Shown here piece after piece: positions 7,727-12,744 of a stretch of DNA of 12,744 nucleotides. The DNA is taken from NCBI GenBank assembly GCA_046761065.1, contig JBHIFL010000099.1:1-12744 (forward strand). The letters are read 5' to 3'. Origin of the DNA: Candidatus Heimdallarchaeota archaeon (GTDB lineage: Archaea > Asgardarchaeota > Wukongarchaeia > Wukongarchaeales > JBHIFL01). The stretch's first letter is position 1. Every line of letters starts with the position of its first letter. The translations under genes and the position numbers were made by a program. A model generated the notes under the pieces. That model had not been told where the DNA came from and did no database searches. It saw nothing but the letters and a program-made list of their open reading frames with translations.

Positions 7727-8947
7727 TTATCGCGTGTGGATATATTTATTATGCATCCAGAACTCATCTGGGTTCCTTTTTTTCCCATATCCGAATATTC
7801 TATCGGCCCACAACCAGAAACGGTTCAGTTTCGGTATATGTTTGATGAACCAGCGAACTACGTTATGGCTCCAGTGGCGACTTTTTGTGAATGGACATAC
7901 CCTTATACAGTTAGAACAATCTCCTCCATTATTTACCCAAAATGTGTAGCAGGATTCTGGATTAACATACCATTTCAACACTCCCGGGTTATTTGAACGA
8001 CTAGTTCCCATCCAAGTCGGTTCCATGTCTGAAATGGATTTTGAGGGGCAGTGTTTTACACACTTTTTACAAATATTACAAAATCTAATGACCCCCTGGT
8101 TAAATTTTACATCGGGTTTATCTGTGTTCAGAGGTAAATCCGTGAGCACTTTCGCAAGTCGTACTCGAGGGCCAAAATCAGGAGTGATAAGAAGCCCCAT
8201 TCGTGAAAATTGACCTAATCCTGCATCAACCGCTAGTGGAACGCTCATAGCGGTATCATTCCCACAAGGAATGGCTTGATATCCCAAATTACGGATGAAT
8301 TCAGCCAAACACGCAATTGTAAAGGCCATACGTGAGTAACCATTTCCTGTTGCGATCGCAGCTGGAATAGTTGGGGAACTAGCAATTCCTAATGCATCCA
8401 TTTCGATTGCTAGAACGATTGCATATTCAATAGATGGAGGAATGTCAATGCGCTCACCTTGGCGGGTATGAGTGTAGACCCATCGACGATCTAATTTGGC
8501 AATTCCAACTAAGGAAGCCCCATAGAACATGGCAATATTCTTAACTTGGGCTGTTAGTTGTTGATGATCTGTTACTTCATATTTAGGTAGCTCAACACGT
8601 CCTTCTACACGACTTGGTTCTCCAAGTTTGTTCCATGAAAAGGCTCCTTGGAAGGAATCATACACGGTCCAAGCGGCGGAACGTGCAGCAAAATCTACCT
8701 GAGAATATCCTGGCTTCTTCTTTGTAATAATTATTGGTACTCGTTCTTGAATTGGTCTTCCAAATGCTTTAAAGGTCTCGTCATACATGACTCGACTAAA
8801 AATGTGCATACGCTCACTAAATGGGCGATACATTGTGTTATCGACGATATAGGGAATTTGTAATTTCCCTGCCAAGAAGGCCTTTTGAGTCTCCTGAAGT
8901 GGCGGTCGGGAAAATTCAGAGCTTGTACGTGATTTCTGTATCGACAT
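7727..8947 (-). CDS. rdhA: Reductive dehalogenase (RdhA)-like cobalamin/2x[4Fe-4S] enzyme lacking a TAT signal
   Basis: YGASLVGIA, RRWVY, GNGYSRM, FIRNLGYQA, PLAVDAGLGQFSRMG, FGPRVRLAKVLTDLPL, FCNICKKCVKHCPSKSIS, CYTFW...CSNCIRVCPF, C-terminal H..VR...D..FGYG. Start placed at ATG 8947 after TGAGG. Alternative starts are 8962 and 9007. Confidence 0.9.
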   Translation of the reverse strand: MSIQKSRTSSEFSRPPLQETQKAFLAGKLQIPYIVDNTMYRPFSERMHIFSRVMYDETFKAFGRPIQERVPIIITKKKPGYSQVDFAARSAAWTVYDSFQGAFSWNKLGEPSRVEGRVELPKYEVTDHQQLTAQVKNIAMFYGASLVGIAKLDRRWVYTHTRQGERIDIPPSIEYAIVLAIEMDALGIASSPTIPAAIATGNGYSRMAFTIACLAEFIRNLGYQAIPCGNDTAMSVPLAVDAGLGQFSRMGLLITPDFGPRVRLAKVLTDLPLNTDKPDVKFNQGVIRFCNICKKCVKHCPSKSISDMEPTWMGTSRSNNPGVLKWYVNPESCYTFWVNNGGDCSNCIRVCPFTKSRHWSHNVVRWFIKHIPKLNRFWLWADRIFGYGKKRNPDEFWMHNKYIHTR

Positions 8948-9211
8948 TTTTTTTTTCCTCATATTACTCAATCTTTCAGTGAAAAGAAAAATTGAAAATA
9001 CGGTCATTTCTATAGAGGGTGAATCTTATTTTGAGAAAGAGTCTTAAGAATCTGACTGAAAGTGTAAGGCACTCTACTTACTTGGTTGACGAAAAATAAG
9101 GAACTTTCCTTTCAAAAAATAATCTCCTAGCCGGTTAGAGCGATCATTAGATTTCCAACAATAAAAAAAATGACAAAAATGTACTTATTCAAAAAAAGTA
9201 ATCCGTAGGGG

Positions 9212-10111
9212 ATGTGTGTGTCTTTCATACCGATTTCTCCCTATCTTGTTTTTCTTCCCTCCGCGTCTGGAGCTCGGTTTCCTTACTCAAACTCTTTACT
9301 CATACGTGATGAGAGAACTGTTCTGATAGATACAGGGCTTGAACCCCTCCTAATGGAAAGAATTGCCAACGAATATTGTGTCGACTTGGTGATAAACTCT
9401 CACTGCCATGAAGATCACATCGCCGGTAATTATTTGTTCCCTGAGAGTCAGGTATGCACCCATGAACTGGCAGCACCAATTATAAAGTCTGTTGATCAAC
9501 TTATTGAAATGTATGATTTAAAACATCCCGAATTAGAAGCCCAGATGCTAGAATTAATGCAACTGCTATCGCTTCGCGACTCCCGAGTTGATATAGAATA
9601 TGAAGATGACTATGTGTTTCATTTGGGAAGCACCCAGCTCCAAGTACTCCATACGCCCGGACACTCTCCGGGACATTGTTGTTTCCTTATACCCGAAGAA
9701 AACCTCATATTTCTCTCTGATATTGATTTGACATCTTTTGGTCCCTGGTACGGAGCTTTAAACTCTGATTTGGATAGTTTCATCGCATCAATTGAGAAAC
9801 TGAAGGGCATGACGTTTGAAATCGCGATAACCAGTCATAAGGTCGAAATCTTCAAAGGATATACCAATATTCACGAGAAGCTCAGCCGGTATCTGAACTG
9901 TATATATCAGAGGGAAGAGAAACTCTTAAACTTCTTAAAAACCGAGCATACCTTGGAGGAAATCGTCAACCAAGCAATAATCTATGGAAAGTTTCACGAA
10001 CCCGTAACCACCTTCAGGCACATGGAAAAGATTATGATTCAAAAACACCTTGACCGATTATTAGTCAACGGAAATGTGAAAAAAACAGGAGAAAAATATA
10101 AAATACACTAA
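9212..10111 (+). CDS. Metallo-beta-lactamase fold hydrolase (glyoxalase II/LACTB2-like) with probable C-terminal winged helix
   Basis: LIDTG, SHCHEDHIAG (HxHxDH), HTPGHSPGH, SDID, TSH. C-terminal HTLEEIV...KHLDRL...G.V. Confidence 0.9.
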   Translation: MCVSFIPISPYLVFLPSASGARFPYSNSLLIRDERTVLIDTGLEPLLMERIANEYCVDLVINSHCHEDHIAGNYLFPESQVCTHELAAPIIKSVDQLIEMYDLKHPELEAQMLELMQLLSLRDSRVDIEYEDDYVFHLGSTQLQVLHTPGHSPGHCCFLIPEENLIFLSDIDLTSFGPWYGALNSDLDSFIASIEKLKGMTFEIAITSHKVEIFKGYTNIHEKLSRYLNCIYQREEKLLNFLKTEHTLEEIVNQAIIYGKFHEPVTTFRHMEKIMIQKHLDRLLVNGNVKKTGEKYKIH

Positions 10112-10305
10112 CGTTTGTGATTCAATCACAATAAGACACCTTCCACTTACATCAGGTGTTCTCGACTTTTGATTACCCTAACTCCATATCAATTAGTTAA
10201 TTGTTGTGAAAAACATCTACTTCAACATGTTTTTCAGTTTTACAGATCTCTCTTACGAGAAACTTCTTAAATTTCGAGGGTCAAGTTATATGAAGAGGCG
10301 ATTCG

Positions 10306-10443
10306 ATGGCAGAATGCCAAAAATGCGGGGCTGCGGTAATTGTTCCACGTCCAATCCAAATTGACGACAAGACATGGTTGCTCGTATGTAATAAATGTGC
10401 ACGTAAAATAAATCGTAAGATTTTTGTCGGCGCAAACTCTTGA
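10306..10443 (+). CDS. 45-aa zinc-ribbon microprotein (CxxC-x20-CxxC), absent from the ORF track
   Basis: Hand translation: MAECQKCGAAVIVPRPIQIDDKTWLLVCNKCARKINRKIFVGANS*. SD-like GAGGCGA at 10295-10301 and TTCTTAAAT at 10264-10272. Confidence 0.78.
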   Translation: MAECQKCGAAVIVPRPIQIDDKTWLLVCNKCARKINRKIFVGANS

Positions 10444-10540
10444 ATAGTAAATCTTTGGTTTGGTATCAATTGTTTTGTAACTAGAGTATGGTATTGAAAG
10501 TGATAAAGAAATTCCTGATCTTAAAATGGTGAGATCGACT

Positions 10541-10945
10541 ATGAACTATGGCATGGAGCAAATGACAGTATCCAAACGTGCTATCAACTATTATCAACAG
10601 GCAATGGAGCTGTTTGAAGCACTTGAAGAGTGGGAGGGCTTAGTGCTTTGCTATCTTAATATTGGAAAAATCCATTTTAACTTGACTGACTATAAAGGCG
10701 CATTGAAGGCGTATCAACGGGGACATGAAATAGCGCAGCAAGTGGGAGTAGAATTAATTAGCGCAAACTGTCTAATGAACATTGGCCGCGTATTTGAGCA
10801 ATGGGGAGAACCTGAACAGGCAATACACTACTATAAAACCACGTTAACACACTTCCAGCAGAACTTTGACACAAAGGGGATAACTCAATGTGTTCATAGC
10901 ATCGACAGTTGTGCAGTGAACCTGAAATGGCATCCCGTAGAATAA
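10541..10945 (+). CDS. Short tetratricopeptide-repeat protein
   Basis: About 40-aa repeats: AINYYQQAMELF, CYLNIGKIH...YKGALKAYQRG, CLMNIGRVF...PEQAIHYY. GGTGA (10528-10532) favours ATG 10541 over 10526. Confidence 0.8.
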   Translation: MNYGMEQMTVSKRAINYYQQAMELFEALEEWEGLVLCYLNIGKIHFNLTDYKGALKAYQRGHEIAQQVGVELISANCLMNIGRVFEQWGEPEQAIHYYKTTLTHFQQNFDTKGITQCVHSIDSCAVNLKWHPVE

Positions 10946-10989
10946 AAGGAATGCTCCGATGTGCGAATCTGAAGTTGACCTTTTAAAAG

Positions 10990-11026
10990 GAATATTCAAT
11001 TAACAATCAACTCGAATATTCAATTA
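10990..11026 (+). repeat. 13-bp direct repeat GAATATTCAATTA x2
   Basis: Copies at 10990-11002 and 11014-11026. Each contains the palindrome GAATATTC. Confidence 0.8.
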
Positions 11027-11048
11027 GGAGGTGCGTGTGAATCCTCTT

Positions 11049-12674
11049 TTAATATTTATATACTAACTCACCGCCTACAAAAGTTCGTTCCACTTGGAGC
11101 GAAAGGAACTCTTGTACTGGAATAGTAAGAATATCATCCGAGAGGACAATAAAATCGGCTAACATACCTGGAAGGAGTTTACCTTTAATGTTCTCTTCAA
11201 AGCCGGAATAGGCTGCTTCGACTGTATAAGCCCTTAATACGTCCTCTCGTGAGAGACACTGTTCAGGGTACCATCCCCCCTCAGGTATGCCGTTAGGAGT
11301 TTGTCGTATCATAGCAGTATACATTCCAAAAAAGGGATTTAGTGTCTCTCCAGGAAAATCGGAATTGAGAGTTAGATGAACACCTGTGTTGAGAAAAGAA
11401 CGCCATGCATAGGCTCCCTTTATACGTTCTGCTCCAACACGTGTTTCTGCCCACGGCATATCCGATGTACAATGTGGTGGTTGCATACTCAGAACAATCC
11501 CTAAGGGAGCAAACTTCGGGATGTCCTCAAGGGCTACAACTTGGGCATGTTCAACTCGCAATCGATGATCTTGGGCGCTTGGAACTTCATCCATAGCACG
11601 ACGGACAGCATCTAAGGTTATCCGATTTGCACGATCGCCGATGGCATGAACTGTTACTTGCAGCCCGCTTTTCATTGCTCTAGCTGTTAATTTGAGTAAA
11701 GCCTCTTCGGACGTTTGAATAAGTCCTATCTCGTCAGGTGCATCGCTATATGGTTCTAGGAGCGCTGCGCCCCGTGAGCCGAGAGCTCCATCAACAAAAA
11801 TCTTTATGCAGCGAATAGTTAACATATGATCTGGATCGATTTCTGGCCCTTTTACAAAATACGGCTCAATTAGATTTTCGTCCCTCCAGTCAAGCATGAT
11901 ATAGATTCGAGCTCTAAGTTCATCTTTCTTCTTCAAAGAACGGAACGCTTCCAACATTTCCGTAGTGGTCCACGCCTCATGCACTGTTGTTAATCCATTT
12001 TTCAAGCATTCGTCAATGGCCAACTGTAAAGCCTTTTCAATTTGATCGAACGTCATTGGTGGAATATGGCGGGTGAGAAGTTTTTGAGCTTTATTGGTTA
12101 AGATTCCTGTTGGTTTTCCAGTTTTGACATCCTTTATAATCTCACCATTTGGGGGATTTGGGGTATCCTTGGTAATACCTGCAATTTCCAAAGCCTTTTC
12201 ATTAACCCAACAGGCGAAGCCATGAAGGCCTCTGAGATAAACCGGGTTTTCTGGGGATACTTTATTGAGTTCAATATTTGTGGGATAATTTTTTGCCCAT
12301 GCTCCCTCATCCCAGCCCCATCCAACGATCCACTGTCCTGGTGGGATCTCATTGACTCTGTTTTTTACCTTCTGTACAATTTCTTGGGGCGTTTTGATCC
12401 CCTCCACATTCAATTCTAGAAAACCCTTTCCCAAGGCCAAAAGATGACCATGGGATTCGATAATTCCCGGCATTACCGTCTTGCCCTTGAGATCCACAAC
12501 TTCCGCATCAGGAAAAGATTTTATGATTTCTTTAGTTGTGCCAATGGAGAGGATTTTCCCCTGGCCAATTGCCAGTGCTTCTACTTCTCCAATCTTCTCA
12601 TCCATAGTTAGTATATGCCCATTAATGAAAATCTTTTCTACTTCAAGTGTTTGGTGAAACTTATTGGTATCCAT
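11049..12674 (-). CDS. Amidohydrolase 3 family (YtcJ-like) metallo-amidohydrolase, third and more distant copy
   Basis: NGHILTMD, PGIIESHGH, GWGWD, IKIFVDGALGSRGA, HAIGD, RVEHAQ, NSDFP, KGKLLPGMLAD. Start is ATG 12674 or TTG 12677. Confidence 0.93.
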   Translation of the reverse strand: MDTNKFHQTLEVEKIFINGHILTMDEKIGEVEALAIGQGKILSIGTTKEIIKSFPDAEVVDLKGKTVMPGIIESHGHLLALGKGFLELNVEGIKTPQEIVQKVKNRVNEIPPGQWIVGWGWDEGAWAKNYPTNIELNKVSPENPVYLRGLHGFACWVNEKALEIAGITKDTPNPPNGEIIKDVKTGKPTGILTNKAQKLLTRHIPPMTFDQIEKALQLAIDECLKNGLTTVHEAWTTTEMLEAFRSLKKKDELRARIYIMLDWRDENLIEPYFVKGPEIDPDHMLTIRCIKIFVDGALGSRGAALLEPYSDAPDEIGLIQTSEEALLKLTARAMKSGLQVTVHAIGDRANRITLDAVRRAMDEVPSAQDHRLRVEHAQVVALEDIPKFAPLGIVLSMQPPHCTSDMPWAETRVGAERIKGAYAWRSFLNTGVHLTLNSDFPGETLNPFFGMYTAMIRQTPNGIPEGGWYPEQCLSREDVLRAYTVEAAYSGFEENIKGKLLPGMLADFIVLSDDILTIPVQEFLSLQVERTFVGGELVYKY

Positions 12675-12744
12675 CAATGTAAACCATCCTAGGATTCACT
12701 TCAAGCCATCCGAACAAGTTTAAGTTAAAAATGAATGATACTAG

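Noticed and set aside
7734-7996. Short + ORFs near the rdhA 3' end as candidate rdhB
   Set aside because: Antisense within rdhA, with no multi-transmembrane pattern.
8867-8893. TQKAFLAG in the RdhA N-terminus as a degenerate TAT motif
   Set aside because: No twin arginines and no following hydrophobic region, so probably coincidental.
9212-10111. MBL-fold gene as a beta-lactam resistance gene
   Set aside because: No signal peptide. Motifs and the C-terminal extension fit glyoxalase II/LACTB2-like metabolic hydrolases.
10281-10469. 62-aa minus-strand ORF
   Set aside because: Antisense to the better-supported Zn-ribbon ORF.
1-12744. CRISPR array, IS element, tRNA/rRNA, Sec/Pyl read-through
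   Set aside because: No periodic repeats, transposase or structural-RNA signatures were seen. The enzymes end at family-typical C-termini, so read-through is not needed.

Overview
This is a gene-dense catabolic and redox window. It is probably archaeal (inference): it has GGTG-type Shine-Dalgarno sites, TATA-like boxes, a DUF166 gene, an aMBF1-like Zn-ribbon microprotein and a TAT-less reductive dehalogenase without rdhB. That combination is compatible with Asgard or other sediment archaea but does not prove it. Gene order: QueG-like cobalamin/2x[4Fe-4S] protein with altered catalytic motifs (-); two tandem paralogous YtcJ-like amidohydrolases (+); MLE-subgroup enolase-superfamily enzyme (-); Asp/Glu/hydantoin racemase (-); DUF166 protein (-); RdhA-like protein (-); MBL-fold hydrolase (+); a 45-aa CxxC/CxxC microprotein missed by the ORF track (+); a short TPR protein (+); a third, more distant YtcJ-like amidohydrolase (-). 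The most interesting signals are the rdhA-DUF166 coupling in place of rdhAB and a second B12 reductase that is unlikely to be a true QueG. Both sit with three amidohydrolases and two racemase-like enzymes, which suggests an undescribed pathway for modified (N-acylated, D-configured, possibly halogenated) amino-acid-like compounds. No rRNA, tRNA, CRISPR array or transposase was seen.
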